Origin: Actinomycetes bacterium
GTDB lineage: Bacteria; Actinomycetota; Acidimicrobiia; Acidimicrobiales; JABEUL01
Direction: 5' to 3'
Assembly: GCA_021791915.1 (NCBI GenBank)
Contig: JAJYVQ010000004.1
Coordinates: 1 to 39,372, forward strand
DNA length: 39,372 nucleotides
Position numbers and translations under genes: made by a program. Shown here in pieces: positions 29,168 to 39,372 of the stretch; within the stretch, counting starts at the first letter, position 1, and each line of letters opens with the position of its first letter. The notes under the pieces are model-generated. The model ran no database searches. It was not told the DNA's origin and saw nothing but the letters and a program-made list of their open reading frames with translations.

Positions 29168-29798
29168 CTATTGACTCCTTTAATGACGATTTCAGGTTCA
29201 AAGCCAATAACTGAGCTAGTCCAAAAGGCTCAGGATAGCTTAAAACGGTTATGGATGCTGGTGTGATAACAAGTCTCTGGAAACAGTTTAAGTGCATTCC
29301 TAAAGCGAAATTAACCAATATTTTAATCGGATCTGCGTGGGAAACCAATACTACCGATTTACCTCGTTGATTTTCCAAGCAGTAATCCAAGAACATTTTC
29401 ATCCGATATTCCATTTCCAAAAAGGATTCGCCATCTGGAAATCTGAAACTAGCTGGATTTTTGTGGAGCTGATCCCAATTTTTAATCTTATAAAGGTCTT
29501 TTAAGTTCCTCCCCGTGTATTTTCCGAAGTCGCACTCAATTAATTTATCTTCGATAATCACTTCTTTTTTGAGAATTGCAGCAATCTGTTCTGCTGTCTG
29601 CAACGCTCTTTCTAAAGGGGACGAATAAACTGCCGCAACTTTATTCTTAAAAGCGTCAAAGATAATTTTGCCAGCTTTTTTTGCATCGTCTAAACCTTTT
29701 TCTGACAAGTTCAGCCCGGGTCTACGTCCTGGCAATACCTTTCCCGTAGTTGGGGTTGTTCCATGTCTAACCAATATAATATGAGTGGGAGTTTTCAT
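29160..29798 (-). CDS. Histidine phosphatase, MSMEG_4193-family putative phosphomutase
   Basis: LVRHG.T..TG.VLPGR, SSPLERA, ECDFG, FPDGES, VSHADPIK; overlaps the DUF3090 start. Confidence 0.9.
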   Translation of the reverse strand: MKTPTHIILVRHGTTPTTGKVLPGRRPGLNLSEKGLDDAKKAGKIIFDAFKNKVAAVYSSPLERALQTAEQIAAILKKEVIIEDKLIECDFGKYTGRNLKDLYKIKNWDQLHKNPASFRFPDGESFLEMEYRMKMFLDYCLENQRGKSVVLVSHADPIKILVNFALGMHLNCFQRLVITPASITVLSYPEPFGLAQLLALNLKSSLKESIGA

Positions 29799-29911
29799 AT
29801 ATTCACAATATCCGAGGCGCTAAATACCAAATAAAGCGTTAATTTAACACTATCTGATTAAAGATCAACTTATTTCAGATTGAACCCGCTTTTAATAAAC
29901 TTCTTATAATA

Positions 29912-31075
29912 CTATTTCACGGGTATATATTTTCGGGTCCGCTGAGCAGCAAATTCAGGCCAACGTTTCCTTGAAATTCTGGCAAGTTTATGCATGAGTT
30001 CTACTGCTTCTTGGTCCTCGTCTGAAGGCTTAGTTTCAAGCAATCCTTTTTTAATCATTCCATCGATTATCTCTTTACCTCGGTCGGTACGAATAACTAA
30101 TAGAGTCCAGTCAGCAAACTTTCCGATTCCGCCAGCAGAAATATCGGCATGTTCGGCAGCAAAATCAGGACACATTTTGCAGCCTTCCCTTGTCCAATGA
30201 TGTGCCTCTTTAAGGGGAATCTCATGATAAGAGCCGTCGTGACACCAGATCTGAAATACCCCTTTAATGTTCATCTTCTTTATGGTTTCACGCTTAATGC
30301 CGTACCTTTGATCGAAAAGTTCATCAAATATTGCGTCATCAAATGTCTTTGAACATAAAAGTCCTATAGTAAGTACAAATCTACGGGCAGTTTTGCCAGC
30401 TTTTTTTGCAGATAACGCATTAGGAACAGAAGCCTGACATCCCATTCCAACCAACGCTAGCCTGTCGATACCTTTATTGCTGGCATCTAGGTAGGCAATC
30501 GGATTTGCCGAATATGTGTATCTACTTCCAGCTCCTCTAACTATCTCTTCTTTGGTAGTGGCAACAGTAGGTATCGCTTTCCAACTGCTACTGTCATTTT
30601 CCAACTCCGAAATTAACGCTCCATTTATAATGTCATTTTCTAATGCATAAAGTAATATCGAAGTGACAACGCCACCATCTTGCCCAACTTCCTGCAGATT
30701 GGAGTCAGTTGTTCTAGCCAAAATAATATCTTGGTAGATCCCAGATACTTCTTCTTCGGTACGGTTTCTTCCGTGCATAAAAATATCGATTTCGGACTCC
30801 CAGTCTCTGAATCTGGGGCATGCTCTAGTACACAAAGTACAACCCCGTTGCCCATGTGTGCAGTCTTCTTTACCTCCGTCGATATCTAAATGAAAAGGTT
30901 TATACGCACCGTTCTTATCATCGTAGTCCAAAACGTCGTGAGGACATACGATCACACAAGCCGAACATCCTGTGCAGAGTCCGCTTGTTACTACTTCACT
31001 ATAAAGTTCTTTCCATTGTGGCTTATCAGGAGGCATACTTATATAGTAAGCAATTTTTGGAGCCCGCATGTACAA
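29912..31075 (-). CDS. Coenzyme F420 hydrogenase/dehydrogenase beta subunit (FrhB family) with N-terminal ferredoxin motifs
   Basis: CTGCSACVIVCP, CTLCTRACPR, QDGGVVT, AGSRY, VGMGCQ, IGLLC, GCKMCPDF..ADIS.G. True start may be the ATG at 31036. Confidence 0.9.
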   Translation of the reverse strand: MYMRAPKIAYYISMPPDKPQWKELYSEVVTSGLCTGCSACVIVCPHDVLDYDDKNGAYKPFHLDIDGGKEDCTHGQRGCTLCTRACPRFRDWESEIDIFMHGRNRTEEEVSGIYQDIILARTTDSNLQEVGQDGGVVTSILLYALENDIINGALISELENDSSSWKAIPTVATTKEEIVRGAGSRYTYSANPIAYLDASNKGIDRLALVGMGCQASVPNALSAKKAGKTARRFVLTIGLLCSKTFDDAIFDELFDQRYGIKRETIKKMNIKGVFQIWCHDGSYHEIPLKEAHHWTREGCKMCPDFAAEHADISAGGIGKFADWTLLVIRTDRGKEIIDGMIKKGLLETKPSDEDQEAVELMHKLARISRKRWPEFAAQRTRKYIPVK

Positions 31076-31179
31076 TTAGCTGATTTTTTGAGATTTTAAG
31101 GAATAAACAAAAACATAGCTGTACGAATCGCCTCTTTTAGATTGATACAATAAAGGTCTCTGTGTTAAGCTGAGAATAA

Positions 31180-31569
31180 ATGAAATCCAAATCAAAATTT
31201 CTTATATACGTCACAATAGGCGGATTTGTTGGAACGTTATTGCGGTATGAAATTTTTATGTTTATTAGGAGTTCGCAATATTCGTTCCCGTGGGATACGC
31301 TAACCGTGAACATAGTAGGTGCATTCATTGTAGGGCTCGTGGCAAGCATTATCATAAAGATTTCAAATCCACCTGTATCAGTTCGTCCAACAGTTTTAAT
31401 CGGTTTCTGCGGCGCTTTAACAACTGAGTCCACAATGGCAGTAAATATAGACAAACTAATGTCTCTTAATGAACTGTTTATTGCAATTATATTTTTCATT
31501 GTTACATTAGTTGTCGGTCTATCCGCTGTTATGTTTGGAAACAAACTTGGCGAGTTAATTACAAAATAA
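31180..31569 (+). CDS. crcB: Fluoride channel Fluc/CrcB, subunit 1
   Basis: GGFVGTLLRY, FPWDTLTVNIVG, GFCGALTTESTM. Confidence 0.88.
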   Translation: MKSKSKFLIYVTIGGFVGTLLRYEIFMFIRSSQYSFPWDTLTVNIVGAFIVGLVASIIIKISNPPVSVRPTVLIGFCGALTTESTMAVNIDKLMSLNELFIAIIFFIVTLVVGLSAVMFGNKLGELITK

Positions 31570-31585
31570 AAAAAGAAAGAATCCA

Positions 31586-31915
31586 ATGGAGCTAAAAAAC
31601 GAAGAAGCCTTAAAACTTACAATAATTTACGGTGAAAATGATCAATACAACCATCACCCGCTTTACGTTGAAATAGTAAAACGAGCACACGAGTTTGGTT
31701 TGGCTGGAGCTACTGTAGTACGTGGAATTGAAAGTTATGGCAGAACTAATCATATTCATTCTACAAGAATTCTTTCTTTGTCTTCAGATTTACCCATCGT
31801 TATTACGATTATAGATTTAGAAGAAAAAATTACTGAATTTTATAAATCGATCGCTGAACTTTTGGGTGGAGGCATTGCATTTGTAGAAAAAGTGACTGTA
31901 TTGCACTATAGCTAA
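31586..31915 (+). CDS. DUF190 (PII-like) protein
   Basis: IYGEND....PLY.EIV, GLAGATV.RGI, LSLSSDLP. Confidence 0.92.
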   Translation: MELKNEEALKLTIIYGENDQYNHHPLYVEIVKRAHEFGLAGATVVRGIESYGRTNHIHSTRILSLSSDLPIVITIIDLEEKITEFYKSIAELLGGGIAFVEKVTVLHYS

Positions 31916-31932
31916 AACAAGAATACGGTAAG

Positions 31933-32292
31933 TTGCTTATTTTATTAACCGGAATAGCGGGAAGCGTAGGAGCCGTCCTAAGATACTTAACTGATAAATT
32001 TATCAGCGACAAAATATACGGTGAATTTCCCTTGGGAACTTTTATAATCAACGCCTCGGGTTCGTTTCTTTTGGGATTGATAGTCGGATTGGGATCAGCC
32101 CATCACCTCTCTAGCTTTTATTCAACTGTATTAGGTACGGGCTTTTGTGGCGCATTTACCACTTTTTCAACTTATATGTATGAAACTTACAACCTAATTA
32201 TGTCAAAATCTTATCTTCAGGCAACACTAAATCTACTTGGAACTACCGCAATATGTATAACATTTGCAGCAGTTGGCTTATACCTAAAATAG
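31933..32292 (+). CDS. crcB: Fluoride channel Fluc/CrcB, subunit 2
   Basis: GAVLRY, FPLGTFIINASGSF, GFCGAFTTFSTY.YE; TTG start. Confidence 0.92.
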   Translation: MLILLTGIAGSVGAVLRYLTDKFISDKIYGEFPLGTFIINASGSFLLGLIVGLGSAHHLSSFYSTVLGTGFCGAFTTFSTYMYETYNLIMSKSYLQATLNLLGTTAICITFAAVGLYLK

Positions 32293-32306
32293 TCATAGAT
32301 ATTGAT

Positions 32307-32345
32307 GGGGTCGTCAACGGCTCAGATACAAATCGGCGAGTTAAC
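32307..32345 (+). mobile_element. Possible solitary Tn3-family terminal inverted repeat
   Basis: GGGGTCGTCAACGGCTCAGATACAAATCGGCGAGTTAAC: 39 bp, starts GGGGTC and ends GTTAAC, like the 38-bp GGGG...CGTTAAG pattern; no partner seen. Confidence 0.35.
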
Positions 32346-32380
32346 AAAATGAGTTTTTATGCCTACCCACCAAAAAGTGC

Positions 32381-32427
32381 CTTTCATCTGGGTTGCCTTC
32401 ATCTGGAATACTTTCATCTGGAATACT
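32381..32427. repeat. 15-bp imperfect tandem repeat, 3 copies (core TTCATCTGG)
   Basis: ctttcatctgggttg ccttcatctggaata ctttcatctggaata. Confidence 0.88.
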
Positions 32428-32517
32428 AGTGTATTGAAATTGCTTAATTTCCCAAAACGAAAGACACCAATTAGATGTATAAGGTTTAGCAAAAAGAAAC
32501 CAAAAGTAGTGCTTTCT

Positions 32518-32565
32518 ACCGTTGCATCCGAGTGAGTATCAGTGAGTCTCATCGGATAAAACGGT
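32518..32565 (+). other. Long imperfect hairpin followed by a T-rich tract
   Basis: Nested pairings ACCGTT/AACGGT, ATCCGA/TCGGAT, TGAG/CTCA; followed by GTTTTGTATTT. Confidence 0.55.
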
Positions 32566-32707
32566 GTTTTGTATTTCATGAAATTATTAATCTATTAAAG
32601 AAATTTGCTCTTTCAAGTTGGAAGGTCCGCCAAGGTTCCTGTGATTGAGAATTTAAGACACTTATAAATTACTTTCTTTATTCATCAAGAAATGACTGCT
32701 ATATATT

Positions 32708-32721
32708 TAATATGCATATTA
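32708..32721. promoter_or_regulatory. Perfect 14-bp palindrome TAATATGCATATTA just upstream of the decayed antitoxin gene
   Basis: Position fits a TA autorepression operator, but the context is very AT-rich. Confidence 0.35.
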
Positions 32722-32729
32722 TAATAATT

Positions 32730-32962
32730 ATGCGATAAGACAACTTACTGCAACGAAAGCGAAGACTTTACTTTTAGCACTACTCGACGCAGTTGCCACC
32801 AGATATGAAGTCGAGATAACTAAGCACGGTCATACAGTTGCACGTTTAGTGCCAGCTTCTATAAGGCACTCATTTAGAGGCAAACTGACTGGGACTGCAC
32901 GTACTTCTGTTTCTAAACACGAGGATCTTTATTCGACTTATGAAAAATAGAATGTGGAGTGC
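32730..32962 (+). pseudogene. vapB: Phd/YefM-type antitoxin pseudogene (VapB22-like)
   Basis: Frame from 32735 reads IRQLTATKAKTLLLALLDAVATRYEVEITKHGHTVARLVP...EDLYSTYEK*NVE. The ATG at 32730 is out of frame; TAG (32948-32950) sits at an expected Trp. Confidence 0.8.
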
Positions 32963-33227
32963 CTGCGGTTTTAATGGATACGCACGTAGTTCATTGGTGG
33001 TCAACAGAACCAGAAAAAAGTTAGCTTGAAGCACTAGCTGCAGAAGTAAGATCCATTACATTAACTTTGGTAATTGCTAAAACTGCCATGATGCTTGATT
33101 CAACTTTTCCAAACGATCCTTCTTGCCGTATAATTTATGCCACCGCGGTTGAACGCAGTTGGATGCTCCTCACTTAAGATCAAAACTGCTTAAACATCCC
33201 TTTCCAGTGCAAATTGTACTGTGGTAA
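32959..33227 (+). pseudogene. vapC: PIN-domain toxin pseudogene (VapC22-like)
   Basis: VPAVLMDTHVVHWWSTEPEKS*LEALAAEVR...FPNDPSCRIIYATAVERSWMLLT*DQ, then a frameshift to LLKHPFPVQIVLW*. Two stops, one frameshift and an internal deletion. Confidence 0.85.
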
Positions 33228-33379
33228 TTATCGTTGACCAGTTGATATGAGAATAATTTGTACCTATTGGCCCTTAATCATCTGCAAAAATATTTCTCCA
33301 CAATTTTTAGGTCATTGAATTAGGCGTCACAAACCTTACTTTCGGATTTAGTTCAGATATAAATAGTATTATTTTCATT

Positions 33380-33420
33380 TCCCAGTTGTGATGTCCCAGT
33401 TGTGATGTCCCAGTTGTGAT
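33380..33420. repeat. Perfect 14-bp tandem repeat TCCCAGTTGTGATG, about 3 copies
   Basis: Copies at 33380, 33394 and 33408. Confidence 0.92.
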
Positions 33421-33529
33421 TAATTGAATTTATCTTAAGAAAATTTAACAATTCCTTAAAATTTTGCTAAAAGATCCAACACAGTTTCCAACGAATATAA
33501 GTATATATCTTTTAAGTTAGGAGGACGAA

Positions 33530-33748
33530 ATGAAACTTTTCAAACACTTAAAAACTACTAAAAATGCTGATAATTCCGTTTATCAATTAAATCAACCATA
33601 TTTTTTAACTAAAAACCGTGCCAAATCAGTAGCTGGTCTGAAGCACATTGAAGAGTTAAATATCAAAATGACTTATCCTGGACCTGCAAGCTATCACATT
33701 ACTGTACCAACATACAGCCAAAGACCAGCACAATTCAAACAAATTTAG
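33530..33748 (+). CDS. Small hypothetical protein (72 aa)
   Basis: AGGAGG SD 5 nt before the ATG; no family recognised. Confidence 0.5.
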   Translation: MKLFKHLKTTKNADNSVYQLNQPYFLTKNRAKSVAGLKHIEELNIKMTYPGPASYHITVPTYSQRPAQFKQI

Positions 33749-33766
33749 TCTTTGGCAAATTGAAAA

Positions 33767-34243
33767 TTAGTACTTGGCGAGTTCGGCGAGAACTGCCTGA
33801 GCGTGGCCGTCAGCTTTAACTTTATACCAGGATTTTAAAACGGTACCCTTTTCATCAATTAAAAAAGTTGACCTTATAGTACCGACAGATTTTTTCCCAT
33901 AAAGCATTTTTTCTCCCCAAGCGCCATATGATTCCATCACATTATGGTCAGGGTCAGACAAGAGCTGAAATTTCAGCTTATATTTCTCAATAAATTTTTG
34001 ATGACTTTCGGCACTGTCAGGCGATATTCCTACCACTGGCACATTTAGCTTTGAGTACTCACGTAAATTATTTTGAAACTGACAAGCTTCTGTAGTGCAT
34101 CCAGGAGTATCATCTTTCGGATAAAAATAAATAACAGCCTTGGATCCTTTAAAATCCGACAATTTTACAACTTTTCCGTCTTGATTCTTCAAAGCAAAAG
34201 CAGGTGCCTTTGAGCCTTTTTCAATTTTTTCCATGTCTAACAT
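33767..34243 (-). CDS. bcp: Thioredoxin-dependent thiol peroxidase (BCP/PrxQ)
   Basis: YFYPKDDTPGCTTEAC, GISPD, LLSD, RSTFLID. Confidence 0.95.
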   Translation of the reverse strand: MLDMEKIEKGSKAPAFALKNQDGKVVKLSDFKGSKAVIYFYPKDDTPGCTTEACQFQNNLREYSKLNVPVVGISPDSAESHQKFIEKYKLKFQLLSDPDHNVMESYGAWGEKMLYGKKSVGTIRSTFLIDEKGTVLKSWYKVKADGHAQAVLAELAKY

Positions 34244-34400
34244 ATTACACAGCTATTAACAGAACTTATTACATAACCAAAAAAAATTGGAACTAAGCTT
34301 TAAGTATAAAATGAAGTGAAACCAGAATTTTATAAATAAAAGAATTTTATAAATTACAAGCTATTAAATATAAAAATATCTGGTGTATAAAAGTGCTTAG

Positions 34401-36263
<1,863 letters not shown>

Positions 36264-36671
36264 GAAGTATTCATCTATTACTTAACCAAGTAAGTAAAAT
36301 TCGAATAAAATTAGGTTATCCTTTGATATCCTTATTAGTTTATTGATAGCCAAGAGTACAAATAAAGTTAAAGATATTTTCTGCTAAGCACCTTATAGAA
36401 AATGTTCACCATAGAGACTGTTCATTAAATAGGCTAATTATAAGAGCGGCTGTTCATATAATTTAAACAATTTTGGTTTAATTAAATTACTTTTACAATT
36501 TTTCAATCATTAAACTTAATCAACTGGTCGTGGGCGCAGATCAAAAGCTAAAATAAACCAGAAAAAAGAAAGTGTATCGACAGCCATACATTCAATTTAT
36601 TGTATAAACTTTAACGAATTGGTTGAACCAGAAAACCTGCTCTATGGAAACTTTAGTATGATATTAGAAAT

Positions 36672-37508
36672 ATGAACAATAACGGAACGGAAAACAACCG
36701 AATACTTTGCATAGCCGCACATCCAGATGATTTAGACTTTGGAGCAGCTGGAACTATCGCAGGATGGGTAGATAAAGGCTACGACATCTCATATCTGATC
36801 GCCACAAAAGGTGATGCGGGGGGATCGGATCTTGGGATTGAAAGGTCCGATATGGCAGCCATTAGACAGACTGAACAGATCGAAGCTGCAAAGCAAGTAG
36901 GCGTAGATAAAGTTTACTTTTTGGATTTTAAAGATGGTCAAGTAAAACCAGACGACAAATTAAATGAGGCAATTACCAAAACTATAAGAGAAGTTAAACC
37001 GTTTCGGATATTGGGACCATCCCCCGAGATAAGTTGGACCAGGATTGCCGCTTCACACCCTGACCATTTGGCAGTCGGTTCTGCTACACTTTTTAGCGTC
37101 TATCCTTATGCCAGAAATCCATTTGCATTTCCACATCTATTAGAAAACGGATTAGATGCTCACATTGTAAAGGAGCTCTGGCTAATGGCCTCGCCTCACG
37201 CATTTATAGGTCCAATTCAAGGTCAACTAACTTTCAGTACACAGACAAATGACAGATCTAGCAACACTCAAGTTAACGGAATATTTCCAAATATCGTAAC
37301 AGGCAACAACGGCACAAAGATTACTGCAGTCGATGTCAGTGCTAACTTTGAGAAAAAAATCAAAGCTCTAGCTAGTCATAAATCACAGATAAACGATATC
37401 GATGCCATTGAATCTATGTTGAGACAGTTTTTAAGTTACAACGCAAAACTTTACGGTGGGGAAGATCACATACTAGCAGAGGCATTTCAGGTTGTTACGG
37501 ATCTTTAA
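36672..37508 (+). CDS. PIG-L/LmbE-family deacetylase
   Basis: AAHPDD.DFG..GT, TKGDAG, SHPDH, KIKAL..H.SQ, AEAF. Confidence 0.9.
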   Translation: MNNNGTENNRILCIAAHPDDLDFGAAGTIAGWVDKGYDISYLIATKGDAGGSDLGIERSDMAAIRQTEQIEAAKQVGVDKVYFLDFKDGQVKPDDKLNEAITKTIREVKPFRILGPSPEISWTRIAASHPDHLAVGSATLFSVYPYARNPFAFPHLLENGLDAHIVKELWLMASPHAFIGPIQGQLTFSTQTNDRSSNTQVNGIFPNIVTGNNGTKITAVDVSANFEKKIKALASHKSQINDIDAIESMLRQFLSYNAKLYGGEDHILAEAFQVVTDL

Positions 37509-37742
37509 TTTGGATATCGTAAACAGCTATTTCCATTGACACTTTTTAAATGATATTCACAGACAATGTTTTGAAAAACATTTAGCAAATAAATTAATTA
37601 ATATCCATGCTTAAATTTAAAAACAGAAACTATAACATACGTCAAACTGTTTTCAACTCGTTTTTTATTGTAAGACAGCAAATTAACGGTTAAACTTTTT
37701 AACTCATTGATATAACTTATTGCCTGAGAACAATTTATACAG

Positions 37743-39083
37743 CTAATGTGGTTTTTTGGAAAGAGTTACTGATACTTTGTTCTGACTTTCAGCAACTATT
37801 TCTGATTTTGAATCACCTTTGGCATACCTTTCTGGATTCTTATCGAACTGTTCTTTACACTTACCAGAACAAAAGTAGTAACCTTTCTTCAGATATATCG
37901 AAGTAGCAGCCGCATTCTCTTTATCGACCTGCATCTTACAGATTGGGTCTATCGCAAATTTTGAACTATCTTTTGATTTAAGGCTACTTAAATATAAAAT
38001 TATAGTTGCTATAAATATGACAATAAAAATCAAGTCTAAATAAAAATTGTAGTTAAACCCAAAGTCGGTTTTATTGATAGTAATTGAGCTGTTGGAAGGA
38101 ACTAAATGTAACCCCGCAAATATTAATTTCGTCAGCTCACCAGTCACTGCCATAACCAAATAAAATGAAACATACATTTTTATTGCAGAAGACACCCCAT
38201 AAAATTTCCTATAGATTAAAAGGAGTGGAAACGTAATTAGGTCAGCAAATACAAATGACATAACTCCAGAAAAAGAAATTCCATCTTTATATAAAGCAGC
38301 TGCCAAAGGAATATTACCAACTGAACAAACAAAACTTAAAGTAGCTATAATAGGTCCAATCGCAGCGTTCTCAATGTCAGTGTAAACTCCGTGATTTGAG
38401 ATAAATAGGGACCTCCAAAAAGATACAGGTACAGCTTTGGCAATCAATCCTGCTACCAAAAATCCAATCAAAAGCTCATATTTTAGCATTCTGATATCCG
38501 AAAGTGAATATGATGCTGCATCTTTAATTTTTGTAATAAAAGTTCTATCAGCTGTTTGTAACATATCGACTTCCGTAATATCTGATAACATGTCTTCTTT
38601 TGTATTCGTAGCTTTATCCAAGTGCTCCATTATCTTGGCCTGTTGACTTTTTGGAAAAAATATTTTACCTACAATACTAAAAAGGATAATTAAAATTGCT
38701 CCTCCGATAAATTCTGCCAACAGAAACTGCCATCCCATCAAAATCGCCATTACTATTCCCAACTCAATTACTAAATTTGTAGATGCAAACATAAAGACAT
38801 TTGCGGATACAAAATCTGCCCCTTTTTGGAAGATCGACTTTGACATCGCCGACGCCGCATATGAACAAGATGAAGAGGCAAATCCAAATATCGAGGCTCT
38901 CAAAGTACAGACAGCAGATCCGCTTCCAAGCTTTTTTTCGATCTCTTTTTTCCTAAAAAATGACTGGATTACCCCCGATAGGCTGAATCCCAAGACAAGG
39001 GCCCAAAACGTCGCAAAAAACATAAGTCCCGACTCCTTCAGAGACTGAAAGATAAGTGAAACCGCTCTTAAGACACCAAACAT
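37743..39083 (-). CDS. Permease (DUF318/ArsP-like) fused to a C-terminal YHS/TRASH metal-binding domain
   Basis: SSSCSYAA, FASTNLVIELG, SFVCSVGNIPLA; DPICKMQVD...YYFCSGKCKEQFDKNPERY. Confidence 0.88.
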   Translation of the reverse strand: MFGVLRAVSLIFQSLKESGLMFFATFWALVLGFSLSGVIQSFFRKKEIEKKLGSGSAVCTLRASIFGFASSSCSYAASAMSKSIFQKGADFVSANVFMFASTNLVIELGIVMAILMGWQFLLAEFIGGAILIILFSIVGKIFFPKSQQAKIMEHLDKATNTKEDMLSDITEVDMLQTADRTFITKIKDAASYSLSDIRMLKYELLIGFLVAGLIAKAVPVSFWRSLFISNHGVYTDIENAAIGPIIATLSFVCSVGNIPLAAALYKDGISFSGVMSFVFADLITFPLLLIYRKFYGVSSAIKMYVSFYLVMAVTGELTKLIFAGLHLVPSNSSITINKTDFGFNYNFYLDLIFIVIFIATIILYLSSLKSKDSSKFAIDPICKMQVDKENAAATSIYLKKGYYFCSGKCKEQFDKNPERYAKGDSKSEIVAESQNKVSVTLSKKPH

Positions 39084-39086
39084 GAT

Positions 39087-39372
39087 CTAACAATTCCTTT
39101 GTTCTAATATTTCAATAATCTCCGTTAGTTTTAATTCCTGAAAGCTTGAGATTTCAATATCCGCAAGTGAGAAGTCATCTCCCGAAGTCAATACACTCGG
39201 AACTACTACTGTGATTAATTTGGCATTTTTGGCAGCCACCAGTCCATTCTTTGAATCTTCGACTGCCAAAGCTTCATCTGGGCTTACGTGTAATCTCTCA
39301 CAGGCTATTAGATATACGTCGCTGAAGGGTTTGGGTCTTATCTTATCTGAAGTACCCACTACGGTTTCAAAC
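39087..39372 (-). CDS. HAD-superfamily phosphatase, C-terminal part (5' end outside the window)
   Basis: KP..DVYL, AVEDS.NGLVAAK.A motifs. Confidence 0.85.
   Translation of the reverse strand, partial: FETVVGTSDKIRPKPFSDVYLIACERLHVSPDEALAVEDSKNGLVAAKNAKLITVVVPSVLTSGDDFSLADIEISSFQELKLTEIIEILEQRNC

Noticed and set aside
29879-29890. ATTGAACC(C)GCT resembles the predicted TnpB guide and lies upstream of the host operon
   Set aside because: Only 8 contiguous matches, which is expected by chance in this much AT-rich DNA, and the 5' flank is TTCAG rather than TTGAT.
32301-32368. Fluoride riboswitch-like start (TTGATGGGGTCGTCAA ... GCCTAC)
   Set aside because: It is downstream of the crcB genes, and the conserved GCTRATGAC-type 3' segment is missing.
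32322-32579. 85-aa minus-strand ORF with FQMK repeats
   Set aside because: Explained by the 15-bp repeat and hairpin; no family resemblance.
33380-33420. CRISPR array (also considered for the other repeat clusters)
   Set aside because: Units are 7-18 bp and directly adjacent, with no spacers and no cas genes.

Overview
AT-rich (mid-30s % GC by eye) chromosomal segment from an actinobacterium, probably Acidimicrobiia-like. The assignment rests on mycothiol-related genes (mca, MSMEG_4193-DUF3090-SCO1664), F420-linked enzymes, convergent whiB1/pdtaS, DUF3107 and an Rv3679/Rv3680-type ArsA/Get3 pair. Most of it is housekeeping and stress genes: ccdA, tRNA-Gly(TCC), moeA, pspA-pspAA-htpX-pspAB, etfBA, crcB-DUF190-crcB, bcp and thiC. 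Unusual points: (i) a solo tnpB element inside a conserved operon, still open but apparently missing about 70 aa including the RuvC-II glutamate; (ii) a VapBC22-like toxin-antitoxin pseudogene pair missed by the ORF track, near a possible solitary Tn3-type inverted repeat; (iii) a YdjC-family protein and one Fluc subunit with altered key residues; (iv) a secreted repeat/IPT/GH25-like protein overlapping ccdA; (v) about ten unrelated 7-18 bp tandem duplications; (vi) a Psp operon followed by DUF3107 and a Get3-like pair. All calls come from motif recognition by eye; no searches were run.
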